A stretch of DNA of 17,077 nucleotides from Hormoscilla sp. (GTDB taxonomy: Bacteria; Cyanobacteriota; Cyanobacteriia; Cyanobacteriales; Desertifilaceae), in the NCBI GenBank assembly GCA_051439505.1, contig JBFRWI010000049.1, positions 1 through 17,077 on the forward strand, in the 5' to 3' direction. Under the pieces are notes generated by a model. It made no database searches. It saw only the letters and a list, made by a program, of their open reading frames with translations, and was not told where the DNA came from. The translations under genes and the position numbers were made by a program. Shown piece by piece: positions 1-7,869 of the stretch. Position 1 is the stretch's first letter. Each line of letters starts with the position of its first letter.

Positions 1-127
1 CGTTCGGGCGGCCCTCCCAGTCGCCGGATCCCCCCAAACCCCCCTTTATTGGGGGGCTTCCGGAACCCCCCCCTTTTGGAAGGGGGGGTTTGGGGGGGAT
101 CCTCTCCAACTACTTTTGACCACACCC
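1..127 (-). mobile_element. MITE-like element, copy 1 (truncated by window start), inverted relative to copy 2
   Basis: Near-exact reverse complement of 16928-17054. Ends in TTTTGACCACACCC (114-127). Internal GGATCCCCCCAAACCCCCC...GGGGGGTTTGGGGGGGATCC palindrome. Confidence 0.8.
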
Positions 128-134
128 TTGTCAA

Positions 135-174
135 CTAGAGGCAGAGCCTCTAGAACTCGTTCCCAGGCAGAGCC
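135..174. repeat. REP-like small dispersed repeat (GAGGCAGAGCCTC / CTCGTTCCCAGGCAGAGCC type), second hairpin truncated
   Basis: Perfect hairpin CTAGAGGC-AGA-GCCTCTAG at 135-153, followed by half of a second GGCAGAGCC hairpin. Resembles a common cyanobacterial intergenic repeat. Confidence 0.6.
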
Positions 175-214
175 CATTTTTCAGGTCTAATATACCCCAC
201 TCCTGTGGAGTTCT

Positions 215-600
215 ACAAAAATGGCCATTTTTGAAAAAAGCTTTGGTTACTCACACAATGTAGTAAGCAATTCAAAATTCTTTCTTCAAAATTATTGCAT
301 TGGAAAAGTCTTTGGAAGCAACGAGCGGGCAGACTTTCATCGCCTGATGTGTTGCGAGCATTGGTAAATTACGATTAAAGCGCAACATATAGTTGCGGCT
401 TTCCTTGAGGTATGGGGGTGGCCCTTCCTATCTTGAGAGAGAACAAAATAGGCCATTTTTGGGAAAACAGCCTATTTTTACGATCCATAACCTCCCCCCC
501 TCAGCAATTCAAAATTCAAAATTCAAAATTCACCCCGGTGGCTGCGCCACGCTGCGCGAAGGGGGAAGTCTTTGAGAGCAACGAACGGGCGAGACTTTCA
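215..600. repeat. Diverged direct duplication of a three-block non-coding unit
   Basis: Blocks recur in the same order: GGCCATTTTTG (~215-241 / 443-471), AGCAATTCAAAATTC (266-293 / 503-530), AAGTCTTTG..AGCAACGA.CGGGC.AGACTTTCA (306-339 / 566-600). Confidence 0.65.
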
Positions 601-707
601 GGGGGTTCCGAGGGGGTGAGGGAGTGAGGGGGTGAGGGTGGATAAAAGTCAATAAACATGGCTCTCTAATAGACAATTATGACAAAAAGCCGCTCCCTCA
701 AGGGAAA

Positions 708-1010
708 AATTTCTTCTCTCATAGCGGAAAAGGATCTTTTCTCGCCGAGGAAAGGATCTTTTCTCGCCGAGGAAAGGATCTTCTCTCGCCGAGAAAAGGA
801 TCTTCTCTCGCCGAGAAAAGGATCTTCTCTCGCCGAGAAAAGGATCTTCTCTCGCCGAGGAAAGGATCTTCTCTCGCCGAGAAAAGGATCTTCTCTCGCC
901 GAGGAAAGGATCTTCTCTCGCCGAGGAAAGGATCTTCTCTCGGCGAGAAAAGGATCTTCTCCCATAGCGGAAAAGGATCTTCTCTCATAGCGGAAAAGGT
1001 TCTTCTCTCG
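708..1010. repeat. Tandem array of 22-bp palindromic units (AGGATCTTCTCTCGCCGAGRAA) with 23-bp variant units at the edges
   Basis: AGGATC recurs every 22 bp from 731 to 951 (ten full 22-bp units, 731-950). Flanking units carry CATAGCGGAAA (23 bp). No spacers. Confidence 0.95.
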
Positions 1011-1272
1011 CAGATCCGCCGGAACCGGTGCATGGTCCGCGTCGGAGAACCTTCGTCCGGGCGGTCGGGTGAGCGCGATCCTACCGGCGGGCTATATTAC
1101 ATGCATCACCAGAGGCACCCGACTATCAACTACTTGTGACCGCACTCCCTGACAGCTTGTATAAATTTTATCATAATCTAGAGCAACGGTCCAGTAGCAA
1201 GGGTGAAACCGGGTCTCGGAGTGCCGCTAAGTAGTTCGTAGTACCAGAGAGCTTCAAACGAGACATTATTTT

Positions 1273-1489
1273 GGCGTTGCACATTTTTACCGATGATAGC
1301 AGCCAATTTTTCAATTTTGCTAATAGCTAATTGCTAATTGAAAAGAGTAAAGCTATCTATTCATGACGACAAATGACTATCTCAATTCACCATTGACAAT
1401 AGCGCTCCTGCACGCTCCGGGCCCCCTCCGCTGCGCGACTTCGTCCTCTGCAATTAGCAACCCTCATCATCCCGAAGTTGTGCAACGCC
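1273..1489. mobile_element. 217-bp MITE with terminal inverted repeats and 8-bp target-site duplication
   Basis: Perfect 11-bp TIR GGCGTTGCACA (1273-1283 / 1479-1489), extending imperfectly to GATGAT. Direct repeat ATTATTTT at 1265-1272 and 1490-1497. No transposase. Confidence 0.85.
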
Positions 1490-1540
1490 ATTATTTTAAC
1501 TTCCTTCATCTGGAGGTGAGGCGATCGCTCATTAAAATCA

Positions 1541-1694
1541 TTAATTAAATGTAACATCAGAATCACGCCATAACTGCCAATGGCGGTGATTTTATCATCA
1601 CGACTCATCTCTTCTAGTTCTTCTGCGATCGCCAGGGCCCCTCTTTTATATCTCATTGTATCAGTAGGTCTTTGAGTTCCAGTAACTCTTCCAT
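1541..1694 (-). pseudogene. DUF29-family protein, 5' remnant
   Basis: From ATG 1694 reads MEELLELKDLLIQ*DI; after a frameshift, GALAIAEELEEMSRDDKITAIGSYGVILMLHLI, typical of cyanobacterial DUF29 proteins. Stop at 1653-1655; similarity ends near 1543. Confidence 0.7.
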
Positions 1695-1721
1695 AGTTTG
1701 TGTCAGTTCACTACATATTAA

Positions 1722-2727
1722 TCACAATTCACGAATTAAAGCTAATTTTATGGATAATGCTAGATGATCGGAGCCAATATTTTCCCCAATTAGGCGCTGC
1801 TGAGTCAGAAGCGATCGACTATGGAGACAATGATCGATGGGAATCATCAAAATTGCCGGAAAACCTGCTAACCAGCTGGGTTGTAGTCCATATCCTTGGA
1901 GAGAATTTATGAGATTACTCTGTTGCAAAAATTGCCGAAACCGACCGGACCAAGGGGTACTATTAAAATCCCCGATCGCAATCACTTCTCTGCCTGGCTG
2001 AAGCTGAGTTTGACTCCATAGTGCAGCCGCAGAAAACTCTCGCTGTTGATAAGCAGAAGTGCCGCGACTGCGGGGGCGAATGGTATGTAAACTTAACAGA
2101 GCAATTTCTTTCTCTGAATAGCGAATAATTGCTGCAATCATCGGTCGGTCTGACCCTGGGGGTAAATGGATAATTTCTGTATTGATAATTTCTATATTTT
2201 TCAGTTTCAGCGGCACCAGCATGGCTACCCCATGAGTATTTTTTAACGGCTGGGAAATCAACACCCGATAACCGGATAGATGAGATTCAATTTCCGTCAG
2301 CCATTGGGGGGTAACTTCTTGCAAAAATATAATATCGGCTTTTTGACGCCTCAGGTAGGCGATCGCCCGATCGAGATTCCGATTATTGCGATCTAAGTTA
2401 GCATGAACAATCTGTAATGGTGCCCCTGTCACCGACGGCAATAAACCGGAATGATTGCCTTGATGGGATGAGATGAATAGGGGCAAAATTAAAATGAGAT
2501 TTCCGGCGATGGGCAGACCGCAAATAAAGCTCCAATATTGTCGAGAGAAAGCCCCGACAATGATAGCTAATCCTAAAATTAAACAGTATTGGGGTCTAGG
2601 AGAGAAGTTCAAAACCCCACCAAACTGGACCCGCAAACCCGAGAATTGTGGCCCCAAATGCCCCACAGGCTACTAGGGTTAGTAAGGCATTAACCCATCT
2701 GTATGCACAGCTGCGATCGCCCTTCAT
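1722..2727 (-). pseudogene. Endonuclease/exonuclease/phosphatase (EEP, YafD-like) membrane-anchored protein, frameshifted near 2601
   Basis: Catalytic motifs LQEV, GDFNSTPWS, IDH and GSDH lie in ORF 1722-2666. The hydrophobic N-terminus (MKGDRSCAYRWVNALLTLVACGAFGATILGFAGPVWWGFELL) starts at ATG 2727 in another frame and joins PRPQYCLIL with one extra base at 2601. Expression from GTG 2666 cannot be excluded. Confidence 0.75.
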
Positions 2728-3064
2728 CCTTCCCCTTCCCGTTCCAGTAAATACTGTAATTGTGGCGATAGCAGAGGAATATCATTTTAGATAGTTTCCC
2801 ACACTTTATCCAATTTTACTTGAAAATATTCGTGAGCTATCACATTCCGCATATCCCCCACGCCACGGAATATTTGGATAGCGTGATTTAATCTCATGAG
2901 GAACGTTTATCGCAGCTTCACCGATAATCATCAAGTCGTACAGAACAGATTTCGCTATTGTATCATCTGCTTGGAATTCGGTAAATGTCATGTCAATTGT
3001 ACTGCGCTGAATTTCCGACACAGATTGGATAATATCTGCGTTGCTTCCAGTCTCTAGATGGCAT
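2724..3064 (-). pseudogene. HepT-like (DUF86/HEPN) RNase toxin, inactivated
   Basis: MPSRDWKQR / DIIQSVSEI...IIGEAA...IPWR / GDMRNVIAHEYFQV...VWETI*NDIPLL. RX4HXY motif present. Frameshifts at ~3037 and ~2859; in-frame TAA at 2787-2789. Confidence 0.85.
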
Positions 3065-3368
3065 TAATTACGTCCTCCAAAACCGGTTCTCGCAAATGTT
3101 CCTTCAAAGCCTTCTTCGTTCCTAAATCCACAGGATAATCTAGGATATCCTCTAAATAATATTGTATCTCCAATAATCGAAAATATCCGACTGGGCGATC
3201 GAACTCCACCAAAAAGTCAACATCACTATCGGGAGTTGCTTCATTCCGCGCCACCGAACCAAACAACTCTAAAGATTTTACTCCCATTGCTTGCAGCTTT
3301 TCCCGATGGGCGGCTATAATAGCTAGTATCTCATCTCGCTTCGGTATTTTTGCCTCTACCGGCGGCAA
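3054..3368 (-). CDS. MNT (minimal nucleotidyltransferase, MntA-like) antitoxin domain
   Basis: FGSVARNEATPDSDVD (GSX10DXD) motif and VDL strand. Overlaps the start of the HEPN gene. TTG start uncertain, because an in-frame upstream extension from ATG 3488 is cut by TAG. Confidence 0.85.
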   Translation of the reverse strand: MPPVEAKIPKRDEILAIIAAHREKLQAMGVKSLELFGSVARNEATPDSDVDFLVEFDRPVGYFRLLEIQYYLEDILDYPVDLGTKKALKEHLREPVLEDVINAI

Positions 3369-3488
3369 GGAACATGCGATCGCCTATAAAGCCACCTGTT
3401 CAATTGATTTATCCGTCAACTTTGCCTGGGCTGATAATTGCCGAAATACTGATACAGGTATATCTAATGTTAGTCTGCGTGTAGACAT
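3369..3488 (-). pseudogene. In-frame N-terminal extension of the MNT gene (RHH/CopG-like), interrupted by an amber stop
   Basis: MSTRRLTLDIPVSVFRQLSAQAKLTDKSIEQVAL*AIACS runs in frame into LPPVEAK. TAG at 3384-3386. Beta-alpha-alpha pattern judged by eye. Confidence 0.6.
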
Positions 3489-3592
3489 CTTTCGGCCCCC
3501 GATCGGGAAATATATCTTGATTAATAAAGCGAGCAATTCATACTATATACCTCTGTGTAAGCTGAAATTATAGCTAAAATGATAAGGTTTTT

Positions 3593-3642
3593 AGTCGGTT
3601 AAAACCGACTTTAGCTATTAGCCGGGGGTTTTAACCCCCGGC
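3593..3642. repeat. Double-hairpin dispersed repeat downstream of cysC (possible terminator role)
   Basis: AGTCGGTT-AA-AACCGACT and GCCGGGGGTT-TT-AACCCCCGGC. Second copy at 16884-16927. Confidence 0.75.
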
Positions 3643-3667
3643 GGGCTAACACCTACGACGAAGGTTC

Positions 3668-4204
3668 TTATGCTGAAGCAATATAATCCAACTCTTGCAG
3701 CTTCTGCAACACTTTTGCCACACTTTCGGACAACTCTTCCTTGTCAGTCCGGCATTCAATTTCGGGATTGACTGGCGGTTCATAAGGGTCAGAAATTCCC
3801 GTAAAGGCTTTAATCTCTCCGCTACGGGCCCGCTTGTAAAGTCCCTTCACATCCCGTCCTTCACAGACCGCCAAGGGCGCATTAACATAGACCTCCACAA
3901 AATCCTTAACCTTTTCCCGGACCTCTTGGCGGATCTCCCGATAGGGAGAAATTGCTGACACCAAAACTATCACCCCATTGCGAGTTAACAGGTGGGCGAC
4001 AAAACCAATCCGACGGATGTTTTCATCCCGGTCTTCCTTACTAAACCCCAACCCTTTGGTCAAGTTCTGACGTACAATATCACCATCCAAGATTTCCAAA
4101 GAATATCCCTTCTCGCGCAGTGCTTCCGCTACTGCTGAACTGATTGTGGTTTTCCCCGCACCACTCAGACCCGTAAACCATAGGGTAACGCCACGTTGCT
4201 GCAT
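3668..4204 (-). CDS. cysC: Adenylyl-sulfate (APS) kinase
   Basis: WFTGLSGAGKTT P-loop, LDGD, DRDENIRR, AISPY, KGLY and FTGISDPYEPP motifs. ATG 4204 preceded by GGAG. Confidence 0.97.
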   Translation of the reverse strand: MQQRGVTLWFTGLSGAGKTTISSAVAEALREKGYSLEILDGDIVRQNLTKGLGFSKEDRDENIRRIGFVAHLLTRNGVIVLVSAISPYREIRQEVREKVKDFVEVYVNAPLAVCEGRDVKGLYKRARSGEIKAFTGISDPYEPPVNPEIECRTDKEELSESVAKVLQKLQELDYIASA

Positions 4205-4214
4205 ACTATTGCTC

Positions 4215-4649
4215 CTATTCTTCCTCAATATACTCTACTATTTCTGGCAAATTGTCAAGTTCCCGTGTCAGAGAGTTTAAGTTCGATCCGGCAATCACGA
4301 TCTTTGCCGGGTCTTGCTTGGCGATCTGCCGGATATAATTAAACAATGACGGTTCTTCTACTACCCCTTCAATCTGAAGCCGCGTTCCCTTTGCTTTCCG
4401 TTGCACCCGCTTGAGTACGTCATCTGCCAGCCCCCGGTAACCTGTTAACATGGAATTTTGTAAATTCCGCAGGGAACTATGACCGATAAATCCCACCTCT
4501 GCTAGGTCGTGCATCATATTACCCATTGCCTGGGTGCCGATAAAGTACACTACAACTAGCTGAGTTTGCCGTTCCTGCGCCTCTGATATCGCCCGCCACA
4601 TTGCCTCGTCATAAGCATAGGGATTGGCGATCGCTAGCCAAACGTTCAT
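4215..4649 (-). CDS. Universal stress protein (USP)-like protein
   Basis: 144 aa, alpha/beta pattern with N-terminal VWLAI strand, LVVVYFI and C-terminal KIVIAGS as in USP domains. Starts 1 nt after the permease stop. Confidence 0.65.
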   Translation of the reverse strand: MNVWLAIANPYAYDEAMWRAISEAQERQTQLVVVYFIGTQAMGNMMHDLAEVGFIGHSSLRNLQNSMLTGYRGLADDVLKRVQRKAKGTRLQIEGVVEEPSLFNYIRQIAKQDPAKIVIAGSNLNSLTRELDNLPEIVEYIEEE

Positions 4650-4650
4650 G

Positions 4651-6069
4651 TTACACCCCCAATCCTACTATTGGCCAATAGAACTTAGCCATTGCTAAAA
4701 ATATAAAAAATCCGATCACTTTCAGCCACAAGCCACGCTGAAAGGCTTGAAAGGGAGATACATAGCCACTACCAATCACGATCGCCATCACTGGCGTACT
4801 CACGGGTAACAGAAGTGCTATCCCCGAGGGCAGGGTAACTCCCAAAGTCATCACCCTAGGGTCTATGCCATACTTGGCTGCTAACGCTAGCCCGATCGGC
4901 ATCAGCACTGCCACTGCTGCCGCATTACTCATGCCTTCTGTTAAAATCAGAATTACAGCCGCGATCGCCACAAAAGCAAGACTACCAGAATCAATCCAGC
5001 CCAACAAGTTTTGCGCCAAGGCTGCTGCTGCCCCCGTATCCCGCAGCATGGCCGAAAGGGCGATCGCGCTACCATACATCAGGAAAATCCCCCAGTTCAC
5101 ATCTTCTTCTACCTCTTGCCAATCTACCAAGCCGAACACGAAGCTCAACAGTACTCCAAAAAAGGCGATCGTATCTAAACCCCAAGCTTCTCCTTGAAAA
5201 ATCCACAGCCCAATGGTTAGCAAGGTGATCGCCGCCGTGCCCAGTTCCCGTTGAGAAATTGGTCCCAGGTCTCGCGATCGCCTCAAAAGGAACTTGTGAG
5301 CCGTAGATAGAGAAACAACCGTACCCTGTCCAATTTGCAGCAGTAAAACATAGGCAACCAGTAACAAGGCTAGCACTAAAGGGATCGACCAGATAAACCA
5401 CTGCACAAAACTAATAGATGCGCCCGTGGTACTGCGGAGAACCCCCAAGGCCAAGGGGGCCCTAGCGCCCCCCAGTAGGGTAGCGATGCCACCGATGCCC
5501 GATCCCCAACCCAAGGCTAAGAATGCCGCCAGTCCAAAGCGTCCGCCAGGCTTTGCCCCTGCTGCTTGTACCACTTCCAAGACTACGGGAAACAGCATGG
5601 CCGTGACTGCATAGGAACTGATGACAAAAGACATCAAGGCCGATAGCAGTAAGATAGATGCGATCAGCACATTCTGAGCATAACCAAACCGGGAGACCAC
5701 AGCTACTGCCAGGCGGGTACTCAGCCCCGATCGCATGACTGGACTGGCCAGGATAAAGGCCCCCAACACAAAAAACACCGCCCGGTTACCAAAATAGGCA
5801 TAGATAGCTTCCGAAGAGAGAACGCCGCTGACAGGAATCAGAAATAGCACCACCAGTCCGGTCACGGCTACGGGCAGGGTATTAGTTCCCCAGAGGAAAG
5901 CCGTCACCGCAAATACGGCCAATGCCCGTTTCGCTTCCATCTCCAGTCCCGGGAAAGGAACTATGAGGACCGCCCCATAAATTACGGCGGCGGCTAAACA
6001 CCAAAGCCAACGGTTTTGGGGCTTGCGGGATAAACGCAACCAACTGCGTAGCTGTCTCAGGATCTGCAT
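4651..6069 (-). CDS. DASS/SLC13-family sodium:anion (probably sulfate) symporter
   Basis: Very hydrophobic ~472 aa with GGIATLLG, W-E---DVNWG, TEGMSNAA and LLPVSTP motifs of DASS carriers. ATG 6069 (TTG 6072 alternative). Confidence 0.88.
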   Translation of the reverse strand: MQILRQLRSWLRLSRKPQNRWLWCLAAAVIYGAVLIVPFPGLEMEAKRALAVFAVTAFLWGTNTLPVAVTGLVVLFLIPVSGVLSSEAIYAYFGNRAVFFVLGAFILASPVMRSGLSTRLAVAVVSRFGYAQNVLIASILLLSALMSFVISSYAVTAMLFPVVLEVVQAAGAKPGGRFGLAAFLALGWGSGIGGIATLLGGARAPLALGVLRSTTGASISFVQWFIWSIPLVLALLLVAYVLLLQIGQGTVVSLSTAHKFLLRRSRDLGPISQRELGTAAITLLTIGLWIFQGEAWGLDTIAFFGVLLSFVFGLVDWQEVEEDVNWGIFLMYGSAIALSAMLRDTGAAAALAQNLLGWIDSGSLAFVAIAAVILILTEGMSNAAAVAVLMPIGLALAAKYGIDPRVMTLGVTLPSGIALLLPVSTPVMAIVIGSGYVSPFQAFQRGLWLKVIGFFIFLAMAKFYWPIVGLGV

Positions 6070-6096
6070 CAAGACGAAATCGGTAATATGGTTCTC

Positions 6097-6291
6097 GTAG
6101 GGTGGGCACCGCCCACCCTACTTGTAGGATGAGCACTGCCCTAGTTCTCGTAGGCTGTGTACTGCCCACCTTACTATAGCAGTTCCTAGTCCACTGCCCG
6201 CCTTACTATTAAGTAGGAGGACAAAAATATATATTTACACATTCACTCCTAGTTTACTTAACCCCTGAATGGTGGGCGGTGCCCACCCTAC
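6097..6291. repeat. Cluster of GTAG-type REP palindromes
   Basis: Perfect GTAGGGTGGGC-ACC-GCCCACCCTAC at 6097-6121, degenerate copies at ~6124, ~6150 and ~6185, and an inverted copy at 6271-6291. Confidence 0.75.
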
Positions 6292-6306
6292 GCCTATAGA
6301 TAGTAA

Positions 6307-7770
6307 TTAAAGGCTAAAAATTTCTTTCAGCCGTTGCCGCACCCAATCTACGGGATTGTTTTGGGATTCCGTTTCCGATAATAACCCCATTGCTTGCAGT
6401 TCCTGTTGCCGCTGGGATAACTCCTCTTGATGCTTCGCGATCTCTTGGGCGATCGACTCTGACAATTCTGGATATTCCTGTAATAGTTTTTCCAATCCCT
6501 TGCGGTCCAGGGCGAACATAATTGTATCTTTTAAGGCCCTAGCAGATGCCGTGCGGGGAATTCCCAACATTAAAGACAATTCTCCAAAAAATTGTCCCGA
6601 TCTCAGAGTTGTCAGATGCTTATTCATATTTTCTAAGAATATTTCTACCGACCCGGAAAGCACAATATAAAATGCATCTCCTGGATCTCCTTCGCGAAAT
6701 AGCACCTCTGATGCTTCCAGGCGGCGTCGATACCCCAGTTCTATCAATTCTCTTAAGTATAAATCGTTAAAATTTTCAAAGTAACTCAGCCTCCGCAGTA
6801 ATGAACTCAGAGATGCTATCTGTTTTCCTGGTAACTGTTTTTGCCCTAATTGGGGAATATTGGGGACATCCAACTCTAGTTTCGGACTAACTGGCGATCG
6901 CCCGGTCAAGTCTTCGGGATTCCGCAGCCACAGATCCCTTTGGGGGAATGGTATAGTGATATCATGTTGGCGAAAATTATAGTCAATGATAAAATTTAAG
7001 GAACTTTTAATAGCAATTATGTCATCGATTTTTTTGACATACACCCAGAGTTCAAAATCTAAAGAACTACTGCCGAAGCCGATAAAAATCACTCTAGGAC
7101 GAGGCTTGTATAATACTGCTGGTTCCCTATATGCACAATCTAACAGAGTTTCCGTGACCAGGATTGTATCGCTGCCATAGGCGACTCCCACGGAAATTTT
7201 AATCGGACCGTGGTAGCGTTCTGAACTCATATTCTTCACCCGGTTTTCCACCAGTTGACTGTTAGGAACTACCACATCAAATTTATCTAAAGTATTAATC
7301 ACTGTAGAACGAATAGATATTTCCTTTATATATCCTATTAACCCATCTAAATCTATATAATCTCCTGACTTTAGTTTACCTTCAACCAGTAAAATAAGAC
7401 CACTGACAAAGTTTTTCGTAACATCCTGTAGTCCGAAGCCAATCCCTACTCCTAGGCCACCTGCGATGACGGCAAAAGAAGCGAGATTTAATCCCATAGT
7501 TTGCAGGACGAGTAAAAAGATAAAGCTGCCAATGCCATAGCTGATAATTATAGAGATTACTTCTCGGTTAGCTTCGTCTATGCCAAGTTTGACAAGCAGT
7601 CGTTGCTTGAGTAACATCTTTAACCCACGAGTCAGGATCATCACTAGGATTAACCACCCGATCTTGATTAAGACATCTAGCAGGGAAAGAGACTTATTCC
7701 CTACTATCAACATGGGTTCGGTCAACCAGTGGGATGTTATAGTTGATAAGAGTTGTTTATTTACGTTCAT
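6307..7770 (-). CDS. MscS-family channel fused to a cyclic-nucleotide-binding domain (bCNG type)
   Basis: GGLGVGIGFGLQDVTKNFVSG, VVPNS and IPFPQRD MscS motifs. C-terminal LFREGDPGDAFY...FFGELSL...PRTASA cNMP-binding motif. Confidence 0.92.
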   Translation of the reverse strand: MNVNKQLLSTITSHWLTEPMLIVGNKSLSLLDVLIKIGWLILVMILTRGLKMLLKQRLLVKLGIDEANREVISIIISYGIGSFIFLLVLQTMGLNLASFAVIAGGLGVGIGFGLQDVTKNFVSGLILLVEGKLKSGDYIDLDGLIGYIKEISIRSTVINTLDKFDVVVPNSQLVENRVKNMSSERYHGPIKISVGVAYGSDTILVTETLLDCAYREPAVLYKPRPRVIFIGFGSSSLDFELWVYVKKIDDIIAIKSSLNFIIDYNFRQHDITIPFPQRDLWLRNPEDLTGRSPVSPKLELDVPNIPQLGQKQLPGKQIASLSSLLRRLSYFENFNDLYLRELIELGYRRRLEASEVLFREGDPGDAFYIVLSGSVEIFLENMNKHLTTLRSGQFFGELSLMLGIPRTASARALKDTIMFALDRKGLEKLLQEYPELSESIAQEIAKHQEELSQRQQELQAMGLLSETESQNNPVDWVRQRLKEIFSL

Positions 7771-7809
7771 TGCGCACCCGGGAGGGATGGGACTGTAGCC
7801 TCATAGGAT

Positions 7810-7839
7810 ATGATATCTACTCAAGGCGCTCGACGTCAA
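7810..7839 (-). promoter_or_regulatory. Putative sigma70-type promoter of the MscS-cNMP gene
   Basis: TTGACG-N18-TATCAT on the minus strand, 40 nt upstream of ATG 7770. Confidence 0.45.
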
Positions 7840-7869
7840 GGAAATTTTCTTCGCCGATGGGGCGATCGC

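Noticed and set aside
393..627. ORFs 393-575 and 412-627
   Set aside because: They run through repeat blocks (IQNSKFKI from the TTCAAAA heptamer) with no recognisable domain.
708..1010. CRISPR array
   Set aside because: Units are contiguous with no unique spacers, and there are no cas genes in the window.
666..1033. ORFs 666-965, 679-990 and 719-1033 as proteins
   Set aside because: They arise because the 22-bp unit lacks stop codons; the peptide simply cycles through three frames on both strands.
1387..1656. 89-aa ORF as an intact gene
   Set aside because: It is a chimera of the DUF29 remnant, unrelated sequence and the MITE end.
4205..4228. Longer cysC start at 4228
   Set aside because: It overlaps the USP gene; ATG 4204 has an RBS and matches the usual N-terminus.
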